A stretch of DNA of 64,000 nucleotides from Marsupella aquatica (GCA_973895155.1 OZ316893.1:26276798-26340797), one strand, 5' to 3'. Numbered from the stretch's first letter, positions 49,078 through 60,177 are shown. Translations and numbers: made by a program. Notes: generated from the letters alone by a model not told the origin.

Positions 49078-49994
49078 GGATTCCAAATTCTAGTACCAAA
49101 TGGTGTATTAAAAGGTGTCGCTCATCCGGCCTAGTGCAGATTGATCGCCTCAGACAGACACCGCTTGTTGGCCCACAGGAATTCTAACTCCCTCTGTGAA
49201 TAAAGGGCCTTAGTCTTCCAGCAAGAACCACTTTCATCCAGAGAACCGAGTTTTGAAATAATTGCAAATACTACCAGCTTGGCTTGCAAGGTAATGTATG
49301 TCTACATCCAAGCCAGCTGCTCCGCAGCTTTGGAAGAAGTGCTTACATGAGACAAATCTCAGAAACTGAGAGACTGAATGCTCCACGATTTCATCAGAAG
49401 CCAGAACTTGATGGGAATTGCGAGGCTTTCGTGGTATGCTCCGTGCCTGCCCTGCTGCAAGCCTTTACTCAGACTGGAGATGGGTGAGGGACTCACGCCG
49501 GATGTCTCTCGAGAGTTGAGTACTCAAAAGAACCAATCAACCCGGTCACCGTGGGGTAGATTCTCAAACTCATCATACGAAACTTAAGTGGCGAAAAATA
49601 CAAAATCAGCCGCAAGGAATGTGATTGCTAAGTACCCACAAGCACCTCCACTGAACTATTCAATGGATTATGTGTGATCCGAAGCTCAATCAGGCAAGCT
49701 GCTGCTGCTATCGTTTGCCAATAAAGCTTTCTCAGCGTCAAGTTGGAATTGCCAAATTGCCTCTCACGAACACGCCGATAGGAAGCGCTCCTCTGTCAAA
49801 ACTCAAATCGAATCCAATACCTCAACGAAACACTATCACACAGCTCAAAGAGCTCACAAAACTAGACTTCATGCCGCGAGCGTTCCAATACTCCGAACCT
49901 CTCTATCAGATTCGAATTCACCCAACACACAACAATCCCCTGCTGCCAGCGCCTTTCAACTCAGGAGCTTATGGCAAAGTATCTCCTCCAGATG

Positions 49995-50259
49995 GGAGTT
50001 CGTAGCAGATACCCGATTGGAGAATTCCAGCACCACCAGATAGAGGAAACTAAATCATTGTGACAAACGGAAGCTAAAGAAGCTCTGAAGCTGAATCGAA
50101 ATGCTGAATTAGCAGCTCCCTGGCCCAGGAGTTCGTAGCAGACACCCGATTGGAGAATTTCCAGCACCGGATAGAGGAAACTACATGATTGTGAGAAACA
50201 GAAGCTAAAGAGGCTCTGAAGCTGAATCGAAATGCTGAATCAGCAGCTCCCCGGCCCAG
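49995..50259. repeat. ~134-bp tandem duplication upstream of the ynfA-like ORF
   Basis: GGAGTTCGTAGCAGA.ACCCGATTGGAGAATT...GCTGAATCGAAATGCTGAAT.AGCAGCTCCC.GGCCCAG occurs twice. Confidence 0.9.
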
Positions 50260-50573
50260 AAAAACTACCAGCGATCAAGCACAACTCGATCAAGCCCCAT
50301 TCAAAGCATCTTTCGGAATGTACAGATAGTAGCGGTCGCCCATTACTTTATTGCAGCCCCTGCATGCAGAGGATGAAAGCAATTTGCATTGCGAAGCTCG
50401 GAGAGGAGTGGAGAGGCGAGGCGGAGTACCGAATACGGAAATTGATTAGGTCGAGCAGGATTCCATTCGTGCGGACATTGCAGAACCATCGAGACCGAAT
50501 GATGGTTCTGTCCCCACAGTCGTGACGCAGTGAAGACGAAACGCAACGACACACACGAAAACGGAAGCATGAA

Positions 50574-51735
50574 CGAGAAATGCAAAGGAATATTCCTTAT
50601 CTAGTTTTCCCTAGACTACTTTCTGATCGTCAGATCTCTATACATTTAATGAGAAACGTCGGATTGCTTCGAATGGGGTAACTGGCTCCTGTAGTTGGGA
50701 AAACCGGGAAAAAGGGAGAAATGCTAGGAGTGCTCCTTATCTACTAGACTAATTTCTGATCGTCAGATCTCCCTAGATTTAATGAGAAACTTCTGAATTC
50801 TTTGAATGGGGTAACTGGCTAGTTGGGAAAACTGGGCAAGAAGGAGATAAGCTAGGAGAGTTCCTTATCTCTTTTCCTAGACTAGTTTTTATCGTCACCT
50901 CTCCCTAGATCTAAGGAGAGACGTTGGATTGCTTTGAATGGGGTAACTGGCTAGTTGAAACTGGGCCAAAAGGAGAAATGCAAGGAATATTCCTTATCTC
51001 CTGTAGTTTTCCTAGACTGATTTCCGATAGTCAGATCTCCCTAGATTTAATGAGAAATGTCTGATTGCTTTGAATGGGGTAACTGGCTAGTTGTGAAAAC
51101 TGGGAAACAGGGGAGAAATGCTAGGAGTGCTCCTTAATCTATTGTGGTTTGCTTAGACTAATTTCTGATCGTCAGATTTTCCTACATTTAAAGAGGAAAG
51201 TAGGATTGCTTTGAATGGGGTAACTGGCTAGTTGGGAAAACTGGGAAAAAGGGAGAAATGCTAGGAGTGCTCCTTCTCTATTGTAGTTTTCCTAGACCAG
51301 TTTGTGATCGTCAGATCTCACTAGATTTAATGAGAAACGTCTGATTGCTTCAAATGGGGTAACTGGCAGTTGGGAAAACTGGGAAACAGGGAGAAATGCT
51401 AGGAGTTCTCCTTATCTATTGTAGTTTTCCTAGACTAGTTTGTGATTGTCAGATCTCACTAATTTTAATGAGAAATGTCGGATTGCTTTGAATGGGGTGT
51501 GGCTAGTTGGGAAAACTGTGTAAAAGGGGAGAAATGCTAGGAGTGGTCCCCCAGTGGTCCTTATCTGCTATAGTTTTCCTAGACTAGTTTTTTCATGTCT
51601 AGGGAGCCTAGATTTAAGGAGAGACGTCAGACTGCTTTGAAAGGGTTTAGTGGCTAGTTGGGAAAACCGGGCCAAGAGGAGAATTGCTAGATATGTTCTT
51701 TATCTAGTTTTCTCAGACTTGGGAAACTGGCTACC
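50574..51735. repeat. Tandem array with a ~132-147-bp unit, ~8.5 copies; one more decayed unit at about 58440-58555 beyond the copia insertion
   Basis: A GAATGGGGTAACTGGCT-like anchor occurs at about 50671, 50804, 50936, 51072, 51213, 51352, 51491 and 51638. Confidence 0.92.
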
Positions 51736-51842
51736 TGCAAACCAAAAGTGGCTAGTATTGCTTAGTGGGGTGAACTTTGGCTAAAACTTGCACTAAAAAT
51801 GAGCTGTTGTACGGCTATCATGTTGGCAAATAGTGCTTAGTG

Positions 51843-52245
51843 TGTTGGGTATTTACTCTTACGTCTAGGTTAGGTATGACGTGGTTGGTACAACAATGTG
51901 GGTTGGTACAACTATGTGGTTAGGTACAACTACGTGATTAGGTACAACTATGTGGTTAGGTACAACTATGTGGTTAGGTACAACTAAGTTGCACACTATA
52001 TCATAAGAGGCATGTGTGCTTGGAGAGGTAGAACCAAGGCTCATTGTTATGGAGCCACTTGAGAGATAGGGAGAGCTTACACTGTGGAGACTCGGTATAG
52101 CCGACGGGCTTAGAGTTCAGTAAAGCTCTCTTGTGTGTTCCCGTGGACGTAGCCTCAAGGAGGTGAACCATGTATCTCTTGTGTCGACTATTGTGCGTTG
52201 GATGGTTCATGGGCTTGCCGTTACGATCGTCGTCTATGCTCAACA
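51843..52245 (+). repeat. 5' LTR (403 bp) with six 18-bp U3 repeats
   Basis: It runs TGTTGGG...CTCAACA and contains TATGTGGTTAGGTACAAC-like units at 51881-51984. Confidence 0.97.
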
Positions 52246-52247
52246 AT

Positions 52248-52259
52248 TGGTATCAGAGC
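52248..52259 (+). promoter_or_regulatory. Primer-binding site complementary to initiator tRNA-Met
   Basis: TGGTATCAGAGC lies 2 nt after the 5' LTR. Confidence 0.95.
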
Positions 52260-53399
52260 ATGCTTGGGAGGTGACGTGTGTTCGTGACGGGATTTCATGA
52301 CGGTTTTTCCAGCGTTGAGTGTTGGTGGATTTTCCAGAGTTCCATCGCATGGAACTTGGAGTTTATGGGCTCAACGGATAGATCAGGGCAAGAGCTTTCT
52401 AACGGTGTGAAGAAATCGTTGAACGGAGCTCGTGGTGCAGAGAGATCTAAGTTTTCGTCGTTCTGGATTTTGTGAAGAAAGTTGGCAATCGACTCGGAGG
52501 GAGAAGCGTCAAGTGTTTTGACTCAACGGAGAGATTGAGGCAAGACGATTGTTTTTGAGTCCGGGATTGGCTCTTTGATGCAAAGAGGAAGGCTAAGCAA
52601 AATCAATTACCTTGTTGGACTTGGTGACGACACCAAGTGCAATTGATCAACATTCGTTGTTGACAAGGTACCATTTTTTTCTCTTTGAAAAACTGATTCG
52701 AAATTGGCTATGGCAATTGAGAGAAATCTGTCATCTTTACCAATTTTTTTCTCCCTCGTTCTTTCCTCGTTTTGGGTGCTTCTTATATCGATCTTCATCG
52801 CCTCGGAGTCTAGTTTCCAAATCTGAAATCGGATCTTGATTTAGTCAAAACCCGAGTGAGATATCTTGCGTTTGGTGTCGAGGGGTACATTCTGCCGTGT
52901 GTATTTTCTGCGCGCGCGACCAGATTTCGACGACGAAGGGTGGTAGGGGGTTTTGGGGGTTCGAGGACACATGTCAGCCCCTCGATTGTTCTTCCAAAAT
53001 TCCCACAGGGCCTGTACAAGGGTCATAGAATATTCCAAAAAACCAGAGAGCTATTTTTTGACCGTCCGACAAAGATTTCATCCGCCGAACGGTAACTTTT
53101 TTGGTTATTTTTCGGCGAGGTCGTAGCCATTGAAGTTGGCAATGCAGCGCACCAATCACATCGCAATTCCGACAACGGGTTGTACTTGGTATTTCGGTTA
53201 TTCCCTGAGGTGGTCAAAACGGGGGAGTTTCCCAAGGTTTTACCCACCTCGACCGAAATTTGAATAACTTTTCCGTCAAATTTCGATTTTGATTTCGGTT
53301 TTCAGTATTGGACTCCTAGCTTTGTGGGCTACGCGGCGGTGTTGAGTTTCGAGTTTTTTGAGAAGTTGTGAAAAACAACATTTTTTGTGACTTTCTCAT

Positions 53400-54434
53400 A
53401 TGAGTGATTCGGAGGAGTTTTTCGAAGACGTGGAACTTGAAGCACGAGGGTCACCGCGGAGGTTTCAGGGGCAGAGAGAGGAGCAGGAGGAAGAGCACGT
53501 GACACCGATACCATCACCGGTGCGGCGTGTGGTGGAGGAAGCAGTACTACTACCGGAGCTCACGGTAAAGAAGAAGATGGGGACTTTCAAGCTTGGGGGA
53601 CCCAAGTATGAAGTGACAAAGTATGATGGGCGCTCTGACTACTTGCTATGGGAGAAGCAGGTGAAGGGAGTGCTTTATGCGTCAGGGATGGGCCAACTGC
53701 TGAGCCCTCGTGAAGACGATGTTGATGAGAAACAATGGGACCGCATGCAGGAGCAGGGAGTGTGGTGTGTTACACTCTATCTCATGCCTCCCATCATCAA
53801 GCAGTTGGGTGCACATAAGGATTGCATGTCCTTATTTGCGGAATTGCAGAGCAAGTATCACCGCAAGGAGTTGTCGAACCGGCTCTACACTTCCTACAAA
53901 CTGATGAGTTTCAGGATGAAGGAATCTGGTACGAAGTTGCAAGACCATGTGGATGCTTTCAACGACATGGTCGTTGACTTGGAAAACCTTGGGGAGACTT
54001 TGAATGATGAGACGAAGGCTCTGCAGCTTCTTAGTTCATTGCCTCCATCTTACCAGTCCCTATCACGAGTGTTGTTGCATCGTGATAGGGATACCATTTC
54101 ATACAATGACGTGGTAAGTTCTCTGCTTAGTGATGATCTTCAGCAGAAGATGCACATCACGTCACAGCCTTCATCATCTGGTGCTGCCCTCAATGTTAAC
54201 CGTGGGAGGAGTATGCAGCGACCAACTGGGGACCGTAGAACCCAGTTTAGATCTAAATCCAGATCTAAGTCCAAGGGTAAATCCCCTCAGAGGAGGCAGG
54301 TGACATGTTGGAAGTGCAACCAAGTTGGACACTTCAAGCGAGACTGTAAGGGAAAGGCAGCGGAAACTTCATCGGCAAATGTGGCTAGGGCTGATGGAGA
54401 AGCTGATTTACTCAATGATGAGTATGTTTTATGA
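53400..54434 (+). CDS. gag: Copia Gag (344 aa) ending at an in-frame TGA
   Basis: It has the KYDGRSDYLLW copia gag N-terminal motif, LLSSLPPSY and the CCHC knuckle CWKCNQVGHFKRDC. Confidence 0.95.
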   Translation: MSDSEEFFEDVELEARGSPRRFQGQREEQEEEHVTPIPSPVRRVVEEAVLLPELTVKKKMGTFKLGGPKYEVTKYDGRSDYLLWEKQVKGVLYASGMGQLLSPREDDVDEKQWDRMQEQGVWCVTLYLMPPIIKQLGAHKDCMSLFAELQSKYHRKELSNRLYTSYKLMSFRMKESGTKLQDHVDAFNDMVVDLENLGETLNDETKALQLLSSLPPSYQSLSRVLLHRDRDTISYNDVVSSLLSDDLQQKMHITSQPSSSGAALNVNRGRSMQRPTGDRRTQFRSKSRSKSKGKSPQRRQVTCWKCNQVGHFKRDCKGKAAETSSANVARADGEADLLNDEYVL

Positions 54435-57400
54435 AGCCGGGGGTATGCCCTGTGCACGTCATCTAGGAGAGCAGATGATGTGTGGATTCTTGATTGTGCT
54501 TGCTCTTTTCATATTTGTTACATTCGTGAGTTTTTCAGTTCTTACTCTATTTCAAACGGTTCAGTTCTGATGGGAAATGATCACTCCTGTCAAATTGAGG
54601 GAATTGGGTTTGTGAAGATTCAAATGTTTGATGGCGCTGTGCGCACAGTGTCCGGAGTCAGGTATGTACCTGGCATGCGTAAGAATCTGATTTCACTCGG
54701 TGTGTTGGATTCAAATGGTCATCAATGGAGCGTTATTGATGGTGAACTTCAAGTCAGGTCGGGAGAGACAGTGATTTTGAAGGGGAGTAGACAAAAGAAT
54801 TTGTATGTGTTACAGGGCAATACTGTATGTGGAGAGGCCAATGTAACCAAGTCTCACGAGGAGATGACTCAACTGTGGCATTCACGGCTAGGCCACATGA
54901 GTGAGAAGGGTTTGGCTATCTTACGGAAGAATGGACTCATTTCTGATTTGCAATCTTGTAAATTAGAGTTTTGTGAGCATTGCATTCTTGGAAAGCAGCA
55001 TCGTCGTGCTTTTGGTGTTGGAACTCATCGTTCCAAAGCGGTTCTTGAGTACATACATAGTGACGTGTGGGGTCCATCCCCGACTCCCTCACACTCTGGA
55101 AAGTTGTACTATGTATCATTTATTGATGATTACTCAAGATTTGTGTGGATTTATTTCATGACGCATAAGTCTGATGTCTTGTCCATTTTTAAGAAATGGA
55201 AGGCCCAGGTGGAGAATCAGACTGGAAACACGATCAAGTGTTTGGATACAAGGGTGAAGAGTTTGAGGTCAGACAACGGCGGGGAGTACACTTCAATGGA
55301 ATTTGAAGAGTACTGTTCAGAACAGGGGATAACTCGCCATCTCACCACAGTTTATACTCCGCAGCAGAATGGTGTCGCTGAGAGGCTCAATCGGACACTG
55401 TTGGAGCGGTCACGGAGTATGTTGAGCCAATCAGGTTTACCACAAGAATTTTGGGCAGAAGCTGTCAATACCGCAGCTTATTTGGTAAATCTTTCTCCTT
55501 CTAGTGCTATCAATTTCAAAACGCCGTTTGAGATGCGCTATAAGCGGCAAGCAGACTATCATGGCTTGGTAATTTTTGGAAGTGATGCATATGCTCTCAC
55601 ACCAAAGCAGAATAGGACCAAGTTGGATCCTACCTCCAGGAAATGTGTTTTTCTTGGGTACCAGAGTGGTGTGAAAGCCTATAGGCTATGGGATCCTATT
55701 GCCTGTAAGCTCGTTGTCAGTAGGGATGTTTCCTTCAATGAATCCAGATTATTGAAGGAGGGGGAGAATACTCAGGTCTCCCGTACTGACAAAAGAAAAT
55801 CTCCTATCCCGGATCTCGTTGAGGGGGAGATTGGTTATGAGGTGCATGACCGGAGAGAAGGAGTTGCTCCAATTATGGAGCTGGTTCCTGTGCCAGAGGA
55901 ACCAGAGGAGTTTGTTGATGCTGGTGAGCAGCAAGTGGATGCTGTTGAGCTTCAAATTGTACCAGCACACACAGATCAACCGGAGTCATCGGCTAGAAGA
56001 ACATCTGGTCGCACTGTACGCGCTCCATCAAGGTATGGACAGTGGGTTGATTCATCTCAACTGCAAGAGGATGATTTTACAACTGATGATGAGGGTGATG
56101 CGTTAATTTTGGAAGAAGGAGAACCTTCTTCATTTCATGAGGCAAGTGCTTCAAAGGAGAAGCAAAAGTGGACTGCAGCAATGCAAACAGAGATGCAGTC
56201 ACTAAAGGACAACAAAACTTGGGAGCTTGTTAAGCTGCCTAAGGGTCAGCAAGTGGTGGACAGCAAGTGGATTTACAAGCTGAAGGATAATTCCATAGGA
56301 GGTGGATCGAAGGTCTACAAGGCTAGATTGGTAGCAAAGGGATTCACACAAGAGAAAGGTGTGGATTACAATGAGGTCTTCTCACCAGTTGCTAAGTACT
56401 CTACAATACGACTATTGTGTGTACTTGTTGTAATGTTTGGTCTGCTCCTAGATCAGATGGATGTTGTCACAGCTTTCCTCTATGGCACATTGGAAGAGGT
56501 GATCTTCATGAGACAACCGCTAGGTTTTGTGAAGAGAGGACAGGAGGAATTGGTTTGCAGATTGCTGAAATCCTTGTATGGATTGAAGCAGTCACCAAGA
56601 CAGTGGAACAAGCGGTTTGACGATTGGATTCGGTCACAAGGTTTTCACAGAAGTGTATTTGACCCTTGTGTGTATTTGAAACCGGTGAAGAATGTTGTCT
56701 TTGGGTTCATTGTTTTAGTACTTTATGTGGATGACATGCTAATTGCAGCCAAGGATAGGTCTGAGATTGTTAAGCTCAAGGCACTGCTTAGTGCAGAGTT
56801 TAAGATGAAGGACTTAGGGCCAGCTAAGAGGATTTTGGGTATGGAGATCACTAGGGACTTGGAGGCTGGCAAGCTATGGTTGACGCAGAGCAGTTATGCG
56901 AGGAAGGTAATTGCAAGGTTCAACATGGAGAATAGCAAGCCAGTAAGTACCCCGTTGGCTCCACACTTCAAGTTATCATCAGCGTTCTGTCCTACGGATG
57001 ACACAGAGAAGGGGTTGATGTCAAAGGTTCCATATGACAAGGCAGTGGGGAGTCTCATGTATTTGATGACTTGCACTAGACCTGATCTTGCCATGGCTAT
57101 GGGCAAGGTGAGCAGGTACATGTCGAATCCAGGGAAGGTACACTGGGAAGCAGTGAAGTGGATTATCAGGTACTTGAAGGGTACCGTGGATCATGGTCTT
57201 TTATTTGATGCGAATGCAAAGAATGCTAGATCATTGATTGGCTATGTAGATTCTGACTATGGACAAGATTTGGACCGAAGGAGATCAACAACAGGATACG
57301 TGTTCACACTTGGCGGTGGATGCATAAGTTGGAGGTCTACTTTGCAGAAGTGTATTGCTCAGTCTACTACAGAAGCGGAGTATGTTGCAGCTGCGGAAGC

Positions 57401-57707
57401 AGCAAAGGAAGCGATTTGGTTGGATAGACTTATCACTGAAATGGGATTGCCACAGGGGAATGTGAAGCTCCATTGTGATAGTCAAAGTGCGCTCCACCTT
57501 GCTGTGAACCAGGTGATGGACAGCAGAGTGAAGCACATTGACGTCAGGTACCATTTTATCAGGCAGGCTGTGTCTGATAAATTGTTTGAGCTAGTCAAGA
57601 TTGATGGTAAACTCAACCCGGCTGACGCATTTACCAAAGTGATTCCTTTGGAGAGTTTCTCTAGACACCGTGACGTATTGCAGGTTTTGCAATTGCATCA
57701 CAAGTAG
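54435..57707 (+). CDS. pol: Copia Pol (protease, integrase, RT, RNase H), in the same frame as gag with no initiating ATG before the protease motif
   Basis: Motifs are WILDCACSFH (protease), LWHSRLGH...CEHC (GAG-pre-integrase), HSDVWGP, LRSDNGGEY, LYGLKQSPRQW, LYVDDML and ADAFTK. Confidence 0.95.
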   Translation, partial: SRGYALCTSSRRADDVWILDCACSFHICYIREFFSSYSISNGSVLMGNDHSCQIEGIGFVKIQMFDGAVRTVSGVRYVPGMRKNLISLGVLDSNGHQWSVIDGELQVRSGETVILKGSRQKNLYVLQGNTVCGEANVTKSHEEMTQLWHSRLGHMSEKGLAILRKNGLISDLQSCKLEFCEHCILGKQHRRAFGVGTHRSKAVLEYIHSDVWGPSPTPSHSGKLYYVSFIDDYSRFVWIYFMTHKSDVLSIFKKWKAQVENQTGNTIKCLDTRVKSLRSDNGGEYTSMEFEEYCSEQGITRHLTTVYTPQQNGVAERLNRTLLERSRSMLSQSGLPQEFWAEAVNTAAYLVNLSPSSAINFKTPFEMRYKRQADYHGLVIFGSDAYALTPKQNRTKLDPTSRKCVFLGYQSGVKAYRLWDPIACKLVVSRDVSFNESRLLKEGENTQVSRTDKRKSPIPDLVEGEIGYEVHDRREGVAPIMELVPVPEEPEEFVDAGEQQVDAVELQIVPAHTDQPESSARRTSGRTVRAPSRYGQWVDSSQLQEDDFTTDDEGDALILEEGEPSSFHEASASKEKQKWTAAMQTEMQSLKDNKTWELVKLPKGQQVVDSKWIYKLKDNSIGGGSKVYKARLVAKGFTQEKGVDYNEVFSPVAKYSTIRLLCVLVVMFGLLLDQMDVVTAFLYGTLEEVIFMRQPLGFVKRGQEELVCRLLKSLYGLKQSPRQWNKRFDDWIRSQGFHRSVFDPCVYLKPVKNVVFGFIVLVLYVDDMLIAAKDRSEIVKLKALLSAEFKMKDLGPAKRILGMEITRDLEAGKLWLTQSSYARKVIARFNMENSKPVSTPLAPHFKLSSAFCPTDDTEKGLMSKVPYDKAVGSLMYLMTCTRPDLAMAMGKVSRYMSNPGKVHWEAVKWIIRYLKGTVDHGLLFDANAKNARSLIGYVDSDYGQDLDRRRSTTGYVFTLGGGCISWRSTLQKCIAQSTTEAEYVAAAEAAKEAIWLDRLITEMGLPQGNVKLHCDSQSALHLAVNQVMDSRVKHIDVRYHFIRQAVSDKLFELVKIDGKLNPADAFTKVIPLESFSRHRDVLQVLQLHHK

Positions 57708-57887
57708 AGTTTTCTTAAACATTCATTGTAATTACTGATATATGCTCTTCCTCATTCCTATGTATTAGGCTACGGCTTAGTTCTGGTTTGCTCTAGTTAG
57801 AGAGGGAAACCGGTTTGGTTTCTGTCCAGAACTTCCCGCTGAGGGATCATATACATTGGCAGTATTACTCTCCCCTAGACCAGAGTC

Positions 57888-57897
57888 AAGGGGAAGA
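57888..57897 (+). promoter_or_regulatory. Polypurine tract
   Basis: AAGGGGAAGA lies 1 nt before the 3' LTR. Confidence 0.9.
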
Positions 57898-57898
57898 T

Positions 57899-58301
57899 TG
57901 TTGGGTATTTACTCTTACGTCTAGGTTAGGTATGACGTGGTTGGTACAACAATGTGGGTTGGTACAACTATGTGGTTAGGTACAACTACGTGATTAGGTA
58001 CAACTATGTGGTTAGGTACAACTATGTGGTTAGGTACAACTAAGTTGCACACTATATCATAAGAGGCATGTGTGCTTGGAGAGGTAGAACCAAGGCTCAT
58101 TGTTATGGAGCCACTTGAGAGATAGGGAGAGCTTACACTGTGGAGACTCGGTATAGCCGACGGGCTTAGAGTTCAGTAAAGCTCTCTTGTGTGTTCCCGT
58201 GGACGTAGCCTCAAGGAGGTGAACCATGTATCTCTTGTGTCGACTATTGTGCGTTGGATGGTTCATGGGCTTGCCGTTACGATCGTCGTCTATGCTCAAC
58301 A
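57899..58301 (+). repeat. 3' LTR (403 bp)
   Basis: It matches the 5' LTR and is followed by the TSD TAGTG. Confidence 0.97.
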
Positions 58302-60177
58302 TAGTGGGGTGAACTTTGGCTAATATTTGCACTAAAATTGAGCTGCCATAAGGCTATCTTGTTTAGGACCTGTGTTATTTTAAGGTCTTTTCTTTTTGGC
58401 CAGTGTGACAAAGGTCATCTTGTGTGAAGAAGACTATGTTAGGACAGTTCCTTATCTACTTTTCCCAGATTAGCTTTTGACAGCCAGATCTCCTAGATTT
58501 AAGGATGACCGTTAGATTTTGACTAATGGGATCTGTTGCTAGGTGGGAAACTGCCTGAAGGTAGAGAGCAAACCTAACAAGTGTTTGCCAAAAGTAGCAA
58601 GGACTTTTCAAAAAGGTGGAATCCATCTCATTTTGGCCGCCGGAAAAATAGTGTTTGGGGCACCTTGTTACTGTCTTGCATAAGGTGGGGCGGTTTTTTT
58701 AGAATTTAGGGAAAGGCACCCGCAGTGGTGACAGCCCATTGTTTAATGTAGGGAGGACTGGCAACTGGAGAGAGCCAGTCTTACTTAGGAGGGCTGGTGA
58801 CCTCATCCCTATACAAGGTTAGTTTTTGGCAAGCGAGAGTTTCAGTCAAAAAGGATCAGGTGGCAGTTCAAAATGAGCCATGAAGAAGATTTGGTGAGTT
58901 TGAAAGGAGCAGCTTAAGACACACAGGTGAGTTGAGGGGTGGCAATCATATCAGATTAAGGAGAACTTGATACAAAAACGTTCAGAAAAATGTGAAGTAA
59001 ATTCTCTGGAGGGGAATGGAACCCCTCAATGTGTCCAAGGACACATGCTCCCAGGAAGAATTCAAATACATATGGGCATGGAAGCCTTGGATTCCCCATT
59101 TCACCTGTCCTTGAGTTGTGGGTGGCAAATTTCATGCAACGATTTGAGCAAGAGGTGGCAAGTTGGTAAATGTCAGTGCGAGGAGAGCAGCGACTTGCGG
59201 CAATGAAAATGAGGAGGTGGCAAGTCAGCAAATGCGGGGGTAAATGTCAGTGCAAGGAGAGTGGCAACATTACTGTGGGCTGGTGGGCAGGAGTAGAAAC
59301 TTTACCCCCTTGCCCTTTAGGAATGATGGTTAGTTTCTACCAGATGGAAGTCCAATTTTTTCTAATTTTTGTAAAAAAAACTTCCAATTGTTCTGTTATG
59401 GTAGCCAGCAATATGTTGAGGGGAAGAATTGGCAAACAATGAAAAAAATGTTGCACATCAGTGTCATGTCATTGTCTTGCATGATGACTCTTTTCCTACA
59501 TTATAGTGCTCTTCTTCTTCCTTTGATGTAGATGGTCACCGCTTGGGCTGCTGAATGGTCAGAACTGTCTAGGTCTCCCTACTTGATAGTACTCATTTTA
59601 GTAAAACGAGAGAGAGTACAGAGAGCCTATGTTACAAGTCATGTGGGAGAGAAACAGTGACGAAGCAGGGAGACACGTCTACAGTATGTGCCTTTTCCTA
59701 GCTGACTGCAATCATTTTCCTAACCAGGCCTAATATTTGATTAGGAAAATGTAAACTGCAAAGTAGGAATATGGGAAACTGCAAACCAATGGAATCCAAT
59801 CATAATACTGAACTACATCCCAGCCAATAGGTACAAGGACAGTCACTAAGGGCATTAAGTATGTATATGGCCATGTCCTGGTTTGAGGGCATTGTGAGAT
59901 ATTGAGGGCTTTAGCTCAAGTTTGAGGAGAGATTACGGACCACAATTCCTGTGACAAGAATCTCAACTTACCTAAACATGTGAGCTAATTTTGGAAAGAA
60001 ATAAAACAGTAAAATCCCTGAAACAAGGCAATGCAATAGTGTGTAAAGAACGAAAAACATGTTAAATACCACGTCAAGATTTGCTGGCAAACTTGTATTT
60101 GGCGGAATTTGCTTTTTTTGTTTATAACTGCACAAAACATGTATTTGGAGTTACATATGCCTAGCTTGTCACTATGG

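Larger units (their letters stand above)
51843..58301 (+). mobile_element. Full-length Ty1/copia LTR retrotransposon (Tnt1/Tork-like), recent insertion
   Basis: TG...CA LTRs at 51843-52245 and 57899-58301 are 403 bp each with no difference seen by eye. The TSD TAGTG is at 51838-51842 and 58302-58306. A PBS and PPT are present, and domain order is gag, PR, INT, RT, RH. Confidence 0.98.

Noticed and set aside
50574-51735. Regular repeats superficially like a CRISPR array
   Set aside because: The whole unit is repeated with no unique spacers, the context is eukaryotic and there are no cas genes.
59600-59630. GAGAGAGAGTACAG resembling miR529/miR535
   Set aside because: Only a partial match, with no complementary arm forming a precursor hairpin.
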